Source of the DNA: Sedimentisphaerales bacterium
GTDB lineage: Bacteria > Planctomycetota > Phycisphaerae > Sedimentisphaerales > SM23-30
Length of the DNA: 64,000 bases
Assembly (NCBI GenBank): GCA_963663965.2
Contig: CAXXFK010000025.1
Location: forward strand, 128,001-192,000
Direction of reading: 5' to 3'
Part shown: piece by piece, positions 29,859-38,925 of the stretch
How positions within the stretch are numbered: the stretch's first letter is position 1
Layout: every line of letters begins with the position of its first letter
Translations under genes and position numbers: made by a program
Notes under the pieces: generated by a model
What the model was told of the DNA's origin: nothing
The model's database searches: none
The model's input: the letters and a program-made list of their open reading frames with translations, nothing else

Positions 29859-31351
29859 GGTAATTCAGGATATTGATAAATAGTGATATCCATAAAGGCA
29901 GTACGTTTTGGTGTTCCCAGTCTGGTTTCGAGCGCCTGGAGCAACAGGCCATCCGGATCGCTGGTCTCGCCGTGGGATTCAACCAGCCAGGTCGGACTGC
30001 CAGGTGTCAGCAATGGTTCGATTTCAACCTGCATGGCTTTCGGTTTAGACAACTCGGTATGCTCCAATACTTTTTGGATGGGAAAATATTTCAATTTCAG
30101 ATCATTGGAATGAGCGTAATAAGCATAAGGAAAATCCAGACAGTAGGCGGCATGAAACAGGATGGTACTGCCCGGCTGGGCATGGTTTTCGACATAGGCC
30201 ACGGCGTCGCGCCATTGTTCTTTCTGAACTTTGGGGTAGTAGCGGTAAATTGGCACTAATGAAAATCCCAGTATCAGCAAGGTCAGGCACCACCGTCCCG
30301 GACGCACAGGGATATTGGATATCCCCAGGGCGATGAGCAGGTAAAGCGGGTATGACATGATGATGACATATCGATGCGAATAGTTTACTGAAAACAGATA
30401 CGAAGCGATAAACGGCAGTAACAGCCCGGAGAAGAACCAGATACTGACAAAGAACAGTAACCCGCCGGGTTGGGAGGATTCCTGGCGCAAATGGCGCGCT
30501 CTGAAGGTGGGTAGCCACGACAGGGCGCCGGTTATCAGCAATAAAGCCGTAAAGGGGGTGTGATAAGCTCCGATTTTCAGAAAAACAGTCCAGATTTCCG
30601 CCAAACCGGGTTTGGGGGATACGGCATGGCCGGAATTGACTTTCTGGACAACGGTAAGGGCTTGCTGGATCCAGGGCAAAAACAGGATGATAAGCGCCGA
30701 TTGCAGGGCAATCCAGCGTTTCCAGGATAACTCATGGGATACTCGGCGAAACATTAACAATAGCCAGTGGATGTTCTGGGTGACAATTGGAAAGATGCCA
30801 TACGGATGGCTGTATAGCAATAAGGCGCTGCCAATCAGGTAAATAGTCAGCCATCGGCCGGAATAATTACGCAGGAGTTTCAGATAGGCCAGAATTGAAA
30901 CCGCGCTGAGGCAGTTTAACAGGGCATAGGCCCGGGCTTCCTGCGCGAATCGGATATCGTACAAAGTCAGCGCAGCGATCAACGTTGCAATTAGGGCGAT
31001 ACTGCGGCGGGTAAGCCATGCGGTGATAAAATAAAATAGCGCAATTCCGGTGATACTGTAAATGACAGAAGGCATCCGAAGAGATATTTCGCTGATCCCG
31101 AAGAACTTGGTCCAGTAATGCAGGATGATATAGTATAGTGGAGGGTTGAAGTCGATTCGAAGTACCGCGGACAGTAATTTGGATATTGAATGCGATGAAA
31201 TATACCAGGAAAAACTTTCATCCAGCCAGAGACTTTCGCCGCCCAGATCATAAATTCTCGGAATAGCCGCTGTTATCAGTACACCTGTTAATAACATAAT
31301 TCCAATTTTGGGCGTGAGCCAATTGGGTTTTGCTTGTCCATTCGGGTTCAT
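29855..31351 (-). CDS. GT-C fold membrane glycosyltransferase (GT39/PMT_2/ArnT-like)
   Basis: Motifs SLWLDESFS, NPPLYY..LH.W, LRMPS, AQEARAYAL; many TM segments; ATGA overlaps at both ends. Confidence 0.85.
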   Translation of the reverse strand: MNPNGQAKPNWLTPKIGIMLLTGVLITAAIPRIYDLGGESLWLDESFSWYISSHSISKLLSAVLRIDFNPPLYYIILHYWTKFFGISEISLRMPSVIYSITGIALFYFITAWLTRRSIALIATLIAALTLYDIRFAQEARAYALLNCLSAVSILAYLKLLRNYSGRWLTIYLIGSALLLYSHPYGIFPIVTQNIHWLLLMFRRVSHELSWKRWIALQSALIILFLPWIQQALTVVQKVNSGHAVSPKPGLAEIWTVFLKIGAYHTPFTALLLITGALSWLPTFRARHLRQESSQPGGLLFFVSIWFFSGLLLPFIASYLFSVNYSHRYVIIMSYPLYLLIALGISNIPVRPGRWCLTLLILGFSLVPIYRYYPKVQKEQWRDAVAYVENHAQPGSTILFHAAYCLDFPYAYYAHSNDLKLKYFPIQKVLEHTELSKPKAMQVEIEPLLTPGSPTWLVESHGETSDPDGLLLQALETRLGTPKRTAFMDITIYQYPELP

Positions 31352-32472
31352 AGGCTTCCTGCTAATATGTTGGCAATTTGCTTGCCGGCTGTTCCATCGC
31401 CATAGGGATTGGTCTGGCCAATCATTTTCTGGTAGGCGTTCGTTGAATTCAGCAAATCTTCGGCCACTTTAACAATTTGAGCGTGATCAGTTCCCACCAG
31501 TTTTGCCAGGCCCTGGTCCATCGCTTCGGGGCGTTCGGTTACAAAGCGAGTGACCAGAACAGGTTTCTGCAGGGCGGGCGCTTCTTCCTGAATACCACCG
31601 GAATCCGTTATGATCAGGAAAGATTGTTTCATCAAATAAAGAAACGACAGGTATTCAACCGGTTCGATTAACAAAATGCGCGGATGATTACCCAGAATAC
31701 GGCGGACCGGTTCCTGTACATTGGGATTGAGATGAACCGGATAGACCAGTAAGGTATCGGTAAATTTTTCGGCGATGTCATGCAGGGCCAGGCACATCTG
31801 CTCAAATTGCGGGCCGAAACTCTCTCGCCGATGGCCGGTAATCAAAATTAATCGCTTGTTGATGAGTCGATTGTGATCAAAGCACTCAATTTCCGGCTGA
31901 CGATCTCCCAGAATATTTAATCCCAGTAATAATGCGTCCACGGCGGTATTCCCGGTAATATAGATGTGATCCGCAGGAATGCCTTCGTCTAACAGGTTAT
32001 TCTGAGCGCGAGCCGTTGGCGCAAAACACCAGCGGGAAATAGGGTCGGTCAGGCGACGGTTCATTTCTTCCGGCCAGGGCGCCTGGAAATTGTGGGTGCG
32101 TAATCCCGCTTCCACATGCCCGATAGGAATGCCTTCATAAAAGGCGGCCAGAGCGGAAAAAAGACAGGTAGAAGTATCACCGTGCACCAGAATCGCATCC
32201 GGTTTGAGATGATGCAGGGTCTGTTGTACCCGCACCAGGACTTTTGCGGATAATTCTGACAGGGTCTGGTTGTGGCTCATCAGATCCAGATCAACGTCCG
32301 GTTTGATGGAAAATACCTGTAGTACCTGGTCCAGCATATGACGATGCTGGGCAGTGGCCAGCAGAACCGGTTCGGTTTCAGGGCGGTTTTTTAGCGCCAG
32401 ATAAACCGGAGCCATTTTGATCGCTTCAGGACGGGTACCAACGCTTAAGACTATTTTTTTCTTATGGGACAT
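31348..32472 (-). CDS. wecB: UDP-N-acetylglucosamine 2-epimerase (non-hydrolysing)
   Basis: Motifs GTRPEAIKMAP, HGDT, HVEAGLR, PEEMNR, HRRESFG, TDSGGIQEEA, TERPE, NPYGDG. Confidence 0.95.
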   Translation of the reverse strand: MSHKKKIVLSVGTRPEAIKMAPVYLALKNRPETEPVLLATAQHRHMLDQVLQVFSIKPDVDLDLMSHNQTLSELSAKVLVRVQQTLHHLKPDAILVHGDTSTCLFSALAAFYEGIPIGHVEAGLRTHNFQAPWPEEMNRRLTDPISRWCFAPTARAQNNLLDEGIPADHIYITGNTAVDALLLGLNILGDRQPEIECFDHNRLINKRLILITGHRRESFGPQFEQMCLALHDIAEKFTDTLLVYPVHLNPNVQEPVRRILGNHPRILLIEPVEYLSFLYLMKQSFLIITDSGGIQEEAPALQKPVLVTRFVTERPEAMDQGLAKLVGTDHAQIVKVAEDLLNSTNAYQKMIGQTNPYGDGTAGKQIANILAGSL

Positions 32473-32492
32473 GATATACGTCTGGCTCCGAA

Positions 32493-33236
32493 TTATTCCT
32501 GACGAAAGCGTTCCTGGAACAACATTTTCAGTGTACTGATCACGGTCTTAACGACTTTCATTTTCGAGCCGCCGCCTTTATTGTCGTATCGCAGGATAAT
32601 GGGTACTTCACCGCAGATAGCGCCCAGTCGGCCCAACCGCAACAGAATGCCGGCCATACAGGAAAAGCCTTCTCCAACAAAGAGCTCGCGCCCTTTAGAT
32701 TTTAACGCTTGTTGTAAGAAGCCGGCCCGGTAGGCCCGGTAGCCGCAGGAATAATCTTTCACATTTTGAATAGGGTAGACCAATCGGAACAGGATCGACA
32801 TGCCATAGGAAAGCAGTTGACGCGAAAAAGGGACGCCTCGTACGACGGCACCCGGTTGATAACGGGAAGCGATCACCACATCACGGCCTTCGCGCACGGC
32901 CCGGATCATACGGGCGGCCAGGCCGGGCAAGTGGCTATTATCCGCATCCATACATAAAATAATGTCACTGCCATTAGCCCGCTGAGTCGCCTCTGTTATG
33001 CCATGAATAAACGTTTCACTCAGACCCATGTTTCGTTCGTTATCAATGACGGTTACCGCCAGGGTGCCGGCGGATTCCAGGGCAATGGTGGCCGTTCGGT
33101 CTGTTGAGCCGTCATTCACGACCAGAATTTCAAGGTCCAGTTTATAAGTTTCATCTACCAGTTCCTGGAAACCCTGCATGATTGCGGGTAGATTTTCTTC
33201 TTCATTGTAAGCCGGTAAAACTACCCATACACGCAT
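32493..33236 (-). CDS. GT2 glycosyltransferase, polyprenol-phosphate glycosyltransferase (DPM1-like)
   Basis: Motifs VVLPAYNEEEN, VNDGSTD, MDADNSH, VIASRY, DYSCGYRAY, GSKM. Confidence 0.9.
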   Translation of the reverse strand: MRVWVVLPAYNEEENLPAIMQGFQELVDETYKLDLEILVVNDGSTDRTATIALESAGTLAVTVIDNERNMGLSETFIHGITEATQRANGSDIILCMDADNSHLPGLAARMIRAVREGRDVVIASRYQPGAVVRGVPFSRQLLSYGMSILFRLVYPIQNVKDYSCGYRAYRAGFLQQALKSKGRELFVGEGFSCMAGILLRLGRLGAICGEVPIILRYDNKGGGSKMKVVKTVISTLKMLFQERFRQE

Positions 33237-33249
33237 AAATACGAACTCC

Positions 33250-33906
33250 TCAGTTAATGTTTGCGGATTTTCTGGCCGCGAAATAAAAGGCGCAACCCGC
33301 TGGACGCCAAAGCCATTGCGGACGGGTCCAGTGGAGATAGTGTTTGTTTAAAATTAATTTTCTCAGAATTCCTCCATATTCAACCGGTTCAAATCCTTTT
33401 TCTTTTAATTTATTAATCCACCAGCCACGTGAGCATTTCCAGACATGAGTTGGATCGTGGTCCAGTATCCGCACCAGAATGCCCAATGGACCATCATATA
33501 CCGGGACCACCCCCAGTAGAAATCCATTTGCGGGAAGGCGTTGAAAAATCGTGTCAAGCGCCCGATCCAGGTCGGGAATATGTTCCAGGACATCCCAGGA
33601 GACAATAGCGTCAATAGCAGATGTTTCTGGAATGGATTCATAGGATCCGGTAAAAAGGCTGGCACGGGGAACCTTCTGAGAGGTTTTTTCGACGGCGAAT
33701 TCATTGGGATCGCACCCCAGACAACTATAATGGCTGCTGGCAACCTGTAGAAAGTTGCCCAGACCGGTGCCCAATTCAAAGACCGTTTTGTTTTCTGGCA
33801 CCCATCTCCGCATTAAGTCAAGATAAAACAATAACTTATGAGAGCTGTTCTGGGCATCATAGTTGGGGTAGTTGGTGTCAAAGTAAACCTGGCCCGGATT
33901 ATTCAT
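33250..33906 (-). CDS. Class I SAM-dependent methyltransferase
   Basis: Motifs VFELGTGLG, DAIVSWDVLEHI, DPTHV. Confidence 0.85.
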   Translation of the reverse strand: MNNPGQVYFDTNYPNYDAQNSSHKLLFYLDLMRRWVPENKTVFELGTGLGNFLQVASSHYSCLGCDPNEFAVEKTSQKVPRASLFTGSYESIPETSAIDAIVSWDVLEHIPDLDRALDTIFQRLPANGFLLGVVPVYDGPLGILVRILDHDPTHVWKCSRGWWINKLKEKGFEPVEYGGILRKLILNKHYLHWTRPQWLWRPAGCAFYFAARKSANIN

Positions 33907-34147
33907 AAAAAGTTATAGGTATTTGGTTTAAAATATGTTATACGTCAGTTGCCTGAATACGATCTGTACTTGAAATAATTATAATTTATACGTAAGATTT
34001 TTCAAAATCATTTATTTGGGATATCGACAAAAGCAATCTGGTGCTTTTATAATAAAGATTAGGCCAGTTTTGTGATTTAATAATAAACTTATATCAATAA
34101 AATGGGTACGCGCTTTGAATTCATTAGTACCGGATAGAACGACCTGG

Positions 34148-34705
34148 ATGGTGAGAATCAGATTGTTAGCCATTGTGGCAGGTATTTTCTGCCATTTTCT
34201 GGGGGGGTGTTCTGTAAGCCGTGATGTTATTTTACGGAATTATACCTGCCTGGATGTAAGCCATTCGAATGAGGGACAGGTTTTCCAGGCTGGCGAAGCG
34301 GCGATGAGAAGTGAGTTTGGCCAGATAACGGTGAATATGGATGAAAAGAAGATTCATTCCAGGCCGAGAATGCTTGATCAGGGCAGCCCATCGTTGTCGA
34401 CACGGCAACTTCGGGAGTCCGCTGAGATGAAGGTCGTGAACCATATGGGAAGAAGCTGGCTTTGTGTCAAGGTGGTTACTGAACGACAGGATAGCGCGGC
34501 CTGGTCGGCTTTTTCAGCGACGGCCACGGTAGCCAGACAAGATCAACGTTATGTGAGTCCCATGGAATCCGGAGAATCGCTGGATCGTTCTCGAAAAGAA
34601 ATCTGGGTGGTAACCGGGCGTGATCGCCAGCGTGAAAAGCAGATTATTGAACGGGTAGAAACCTTGCTCAGTCAGGTTACTGGACTGTCGAATCTTTCCC
34701 ATTAG
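34148..34705 (+). CDS. Hypothetical lipoprotein
   Basis: ORF 34115..34705; probable ATG at 34148; hydrophobic stretch ending in lipobox-like FLGGC. Confidence 0.6.
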   Translation: MVRIRLLAIVAGIFCHFLGGCSVSRDVILRNYTCLDVSHSNEGQVFQAGEAAMRSEFGQITVNMDEKKIHSRPRMLDQGSPSLSTRQLRESAEMKVVNHMGRSWLCVKVVTERQDSAAWSAFSATATVARQDQRYVSPMESGESLDRSRKEIWVVTGRDRQREKQIIERVETLLSQVTGLSNLSH

Positions 34706-35163
34706 TAAGTTTCTGATTAATCAGGACTTACAGTTATCGGTCGTTTTCCGGGCTACCTGGAAAAATTCAATAAACCATGAAGGGATGATAGTGTCTTTAT
34801 CCTGTTTAAAAACAAAGGGTTATGGTGCCAATTAAAAGCGGCCAAAAAACGGACTTTATCTGCTAAAGATTTATAGGCCCTCTTGTCGATAAACTCTAAC
34901 GCCCTTATGGGACTAGCCAAAAATAAAAAACCCATTTTTTGGGAGGCTCGAAACATAATGGCCGATAATTTTTTCGACCGGTAGCCCCGATGAGTACCGG
35001 ACTGGTAAAATGGATTTGAAGCTAAAACCAGTAGTAGCCAAACAGGAAGTGAGGCTCAGGAAAGAAGATGGAATAAGGTTGACTGTGTCAGGCCACAGGA
35101 TGTGGAGTGGCGCCGAATGTCAGCCTTGACGGTTCCCTTCCGGGATTATATAAGGTTAAACCC

Positions 35164-36300
35164 TTGCAGATACAAAAAGCCTTACATATTATCGTTGTCA
35201 TAACGAGCCTGTTGGCTATCGCGGGTTGCAATCGGATCGGACAATGGAAGCCGGTAGAAGAAACGCCTGATGTCAAGCCATCGGTCCAATCGAATGTTTA
35301 TGGTCAAATGACCCCATTTGAACCGGTGAGTTTTACGCCCCAGAACTTTTCCTCGCTGACCCAGCATAGTTTTTGCAAGGAAGGCGGAGATTTCGATCCG
35401 GATATTACGCGCGACGGGAAATGGATTGTATTCAGTTCATTGCGTCATTCACCGAATCCTGATCTGTATATTAAACGGGTGAACGGTTTTACCGCGACCC
35501 GGCTGACCAGTGATCCCGGCAGTGAAATTCATCCGGCCTTTTCTCCCCGGGGAGATAAAGTCGCTTATGCCAGCAACCGGGACGGCGGCTGGGATATCTG
35601 GGTGATCGGTGTGGATGGCACCAATCCGGTGCGGCTGACGGATGGATCCAGTAACGATATTCATCCCTCGTGGTCGCCGGATGGCAAGCAGCTGGTGTAT
35701 TGTTCGTATGGCCCGCGTTCGAATCAATGGGAACTGTGGCTGGTGAGTACGGAAAATCCCAGTATAAAGAAGATGATAGGATACGGCTTGTTTCCCACCT
35801 GGAATCCCAATGCCGAGATTAATAAGATCGCATTCCAACTGGCCCGGTATCGTGGGAGCCAGTGGTTTAGTATCTGGACGATCGATATCGTTCAGGATGA
35901 AGCGAAATTTCCAACCGAGATTGTCAGTAATGTCGATTACGCCTGTGTGACCCCCTCGTGGTCGCCGGATGGCAAGAAACTGACTTATTGTACGGTTGAC
36001 AAACGGCTTTATGAAAAGAACCAGAGCGCCACGGACGCGAATGCGCAAGCGGCCGCGCCCCCGGTTGCCGGCGAGGATATCTGGGTTGTCGATCTGGACG
36101 GCCGCAATAACAACCGGTTATCCGGCAGTGACGCATCGGATTATTCCCCGGTGTGGGCGACCGACGGTCGTATCTATTTTATCTCCGACCGTCAATATAT
36201 CGACAATATCTGGTCTATCAAGCCGTATGAAGTAGATTTTACCGCGACGGAACCGGTTCAGTTGAGCAATCATCCGCAAAGTCAGATACTGGCAAATTAA
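35164..36300 (+). CDS. TolB-like beta-propeller lipoprotein (PD40 repeats)
   Basis: ORF 35107..36300; likely TTG start at 35164 after TAAGG; lipobox AIAGC. Repeats PAFSPRG, PSWSPDGK twice, PVWATDG. Confidence 0.85.
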   Translation: MQIQKALHIIVVITSLLAIAGCNRIGQWKPVEETPDVKPSVQSNVYGQMTPFEPVSFTPQNFSSLTQHSFCKEGGDFDPDITRDGKWIVFSSLRHSPNPDLYIKRVNGFTATRLTSDPGSEIHPAFSPRGDKVAYASNRDGGWDIWVIGVDGTNPVRLTDGSSNDIHPSWSPDGKQLVYCSYGPRSNQWELWLVSTENPSIKKMIGYGLFPTWNPNAEINKIAFQLARYRGSQWFSIWTIDIVQDEAKFPTEIVSNVDYACVTPSWSPDGKKLTYCTVDKRLYEKNQSATDANAQAAAPPVAGEDIWVVDLDGRNNNRLSGSDASDYSPVWATDGRIYFISDRQYIDNIWSIKPYEVDFTATEPVQLSNHPQSQILAN

Positions 36301-36457
36301 TCTGACGGCGCGGAGGTCAACTCCGGTTTGTGAGCGAGAAAATAAATGGCGTATTGCCAGAAAAAGTAAATAGAGCAGGGTGCCTGCCTGGGTATCGATT
36401 CGATATGGAGATTGAATCGCAGGCAGTAGCCACCAGTAATCTGTCGGAGACAAAGAC

Positions 36458-37204
36458 ATGCGATCCGGAATCGTAAGAACCTTAACCAGGACGCTGATTG
36501 CGATAACGATCCTGACACTACCAGGATGTAAAAGTCAGGATGCGGGCAGACCTAGTCATAACGGTCCGCCCTGGTCAGTGGCGATAGTGCCATTTACCAA
36601 CCAATCGGGTTCCGAGGCACTGGATACGCTAGCGGTGACCGATGAGTTTTTTACCGAACTCCAACTGGCTGGAGATGGGGTTCAAGTCTTGCCGGTTAAC
36701 CGTGTTCTGGCGGCAATGAGCAGCTTGTCCATGAGTAAAGTTGCCAGCCCTTCCGATGTCGAACTATTGGCCGATATGCTGATGGTGGACGCAGTGATCG
36801 TGGGAGCCGTTACACAGTACGATCCCTATCCGCCCCCCCGGGTGGGTATGATGGTACAGTTGTACGACCGCAAGAAGTGGGCGTCTCACGATCCCATGAA
36901 GCATGTCGATCCTGGCCAGTTGGCGCGGAGCGGCACGAGTTTCGATCTGAAACCTCCCGAGGAGATGCGGCCCATCGCCCAGGTAGTGACGATCGTAGAC
37001 GCCGGCGACAAGGATGTTATCGAGCGTATCAAACTTTATGCTAATGAGCGCGCGAAAGAAGCGACCGCTTCGTGGCGCGAACCCTGGCAGAGATACACAA
37101 CGAGCAGGAATTATCTTCGATTTGTATCTCATGAGGTGATTAGCGAACTATTTATGCGGCGCCAGAGTTATCTGGCGGGCAAACCTCTTGAGCAGAAAGA
37201 CTAG
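36458..37204 (+). CDS. Hypothetical lipoprotein (CsgG/TolB-N-like alpha/beta fold suspected)
   Basis: Lipobox TLPGC. Motif VAIVPF.NQSG...V.V.PVNRVL..M...L.VDAVIVG.VT.YDPY.PP. Confidence 0.65.
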   Translation: MRSGIVRTLTRTLIAITILTLPGCKSQDAGRPSHNGPPWSVAIVPFTNQSGSEALDTLAVTDEFFTELQLAGDGVQVLPVNRVLAAMSSLSMSKVASPSDVELLADMLMVDAVIVGAVTQYDPYPPPRVGMMVQLYDRKKWASHDPMKHVDPGQLARSGTSFDLKPPEEMRPIAQVVTIVDAGDKDVIERIKLYANERAKEATASWREPWQRYTTSRNYLRFVSHEVISELFMRRQSYLAGKPLEQKD

Positions 37205-37215
37205 AGGATGCAACC

Positions 37216-37482
37216 ATGGCTGAAATGAAAGAGCTCACACTGCATAAAAATACCGAACGGTTCGTTTTTCGATACGAACCGGGCGATGAAGAAATGGTGC
37301 TCGATACCATTGTGAACATGGCCAATGACAGCGGCAACAGTTTCGACTGGTTTGACGCTGCGGTACTCAGCTTCCAGTTAAGCAAGAATCTGGTCGAGGA
37401 AGCTGATCGATTGCTCTGCCCCGAACCCTCACAGGACGCGCACTGGCAAAAGACAAGCGAACCCTGGAGTTCTCCCTGGTAA
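37216..37482 (+). CDS. Small hypothetical protein resembling a planctomycete-conserved family
   Basis: 88 aa, SD GAGGA, motif ERFVFRY...SFDWFDAAVLS. Family resemblance is from memory. Confidence 0.7.
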   Translation: MAEMKELTLHKNTERFVFRYEPGDEEMVLDTIVNMANDSGNSFDWFDAAVLSFQLSKNLVEEADRLLCPEPSQDAHWQKTSEPWSSPW

Positions 37483-37664
37483 CGCCGATTGGCGTTCAGG
37501 ACGCTCCGCCTGGAGAACGACTATCGTAGCGATGGTCTGTATACCGACCCTGTACAGATTGTCAGACCGTTTGATTGTCTTGCTTGAATGTTGGTGTAGG
37601 TTCCCGATGGTGGAACCTGTTGGAAAATGGTAATGTTGGACCTTCGCCGTGAGATGCCAAGACC

Positions 37665-38735
37665 ATGTATGATAACAATGTAAAACAACCGGAAGTCCCG
37701 GTGATCAAGGAATTCATTGACCATCTGCAGTATGAAAAGCACTTTTCGTTTCATACGGTCAAATGCTATTCTGCCGACCTGAGGCAATTTGCCGATTTCC
37801 TCGTCCAATATCGAGGCGCGTCCCAGACGGTCTCTGAAGAAGGGACGGGCGGTTCAGACTATACTCAGGCCCCCGGCGCCGCCACCGCGGTAGCGACCGA
37901 AACGCAGCTGCAGACTCTGGAGCAAGCGATTCTCCAGGTAAATGTCAATACGATCCGGGCCTTTCTGGCACAGCTGTCGGAACAGAACTATTCAAAAACC
38001 ACCTCGGCGCGCAAGTTGGCGACGTTAAGGAGTTTTTACAAGTTTCTGGTCCGGCGCGGTCATGTCGAAACCTCGCCGGTTTCGGCGATCCGCACCCCCA
38101 AGCAGGATAAACGTTTGCCCCGCTGCCTGGAACCGGAACAAATCGCCAATCTATTAAACTGTCCCGATACCAACACCATGTTGGGAGCGCGTGACCGGGC
38201 GATTCTCGAGACTCTGTACAGCAGCGGTTTGCGTGTCAGCGAGTTGGTGGCTTTAAATCTAAGCGATGTCGATTTCCTGGGTGAGGTCATTCACCTGCGC
38301 GGTAAAGGCAAAAAGGAACGGGTTTCGCCGATCGGTTCGTCCGCCCTGCAATGTATCCAGCGCTATCTGACCTTCCGAGATACCGATAGTCGCAAAGACA
38401 GCTTCGACCCGGAAGCCCTGTTTGTCAACAAACACGGCCAACGGCTCAGTACCCGTTCGGTGCGGCGTAAACTGGATAAGTATCTCAAGCAAGCCGGCCT
38501 TGATCCCCGGATCAGCCCGCATACCTTGAGACACAGTTTTGCGACCCATATGCTGAATAATGGGGCCGATCTTCGTGTGGTACAGGAACTGCTGGGACAT
38601 CGTTCGTTAAGTACGACCCAGATCTATACCCATCTGACATCGAATAAAATGAAAAAAATCTATGAGAACTCCCATCCGCGGGCCCAGCAGGAAGATCAGG
38701 GCTTTGCGGGATACCAGGACCCTCGCAATGGCTGA
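37665..38735 (+). CDS. xerC: Tyrosine recombinase XerC
   Basis: Motifs RKLATLRSFYKF, RDRAILETLYSSGLRVSEL, GKGKKER, HTLRHSFATH, VQELLGH, TTQIYTH. Confidence 0.9.
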   Translation: MYDNNVKQPEVPVIKEFIDHLQYEKHFSFHTVKCYSADLRQFADFLVQYRGASQTVSEEGTGGSDYTQAPGAATAVATETQLQTLEQAILQVNVNTIRAFLAQLSEQNYSKTTSARKLATLRSFYKFLVRRGHVETSPVSAIRTPKQDKRLPRCLEPEQIANLLNCPDTNTMLGARDRAILETLYSSGLRVSELVALNLSDVDFLGEVIHLRGKGKKERVSPIGSSALQCIQRYLTFRDTDSRKDSFDPEALFVNKHGQRLSTRSVRRKLDKYLKQAGLDPRISPHTLRHSFATHMLNNGADLRVVQELLGHRSLSTTQIYTHLTSNKMKKIYENSHPRAQQEDQGFAGYQDPRNG

Positions 38736-38809
38736 TTGGCGTACCGACGCGCTGTAAAGTCAATCTGGCATTATCCCTGCCTGTAGCGGCCTTGGGAGTC
38801 TGAGAATCT

Positions 38810-38836
38810 GCCCAATCCATCGATTGGGCTTTTTTT
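38810..38836 (+). terminator. Rho-independent terminator after xerC
   Basis: GCCCAATC-CATC-GATTGGGC followed by TTTTTTT. Confidence 0.85.
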
Positions 38837-38925
38837 GTGCGCAGAACTTGAGATGATAAAAGAATTATCCTTCGGCGTTTTCTGATTGATCGCAGGAAGG
38901 CGGCGGTATTAGAAATCGATGTTAG

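Noticed and set aside
34864..34968. Sigma28-like boxes (TAAAG...GTCGATAA; GCCGATAA at 34961)
   Set aside because: Spacing is 2 nt too long for the first, and the second has no -35 box.
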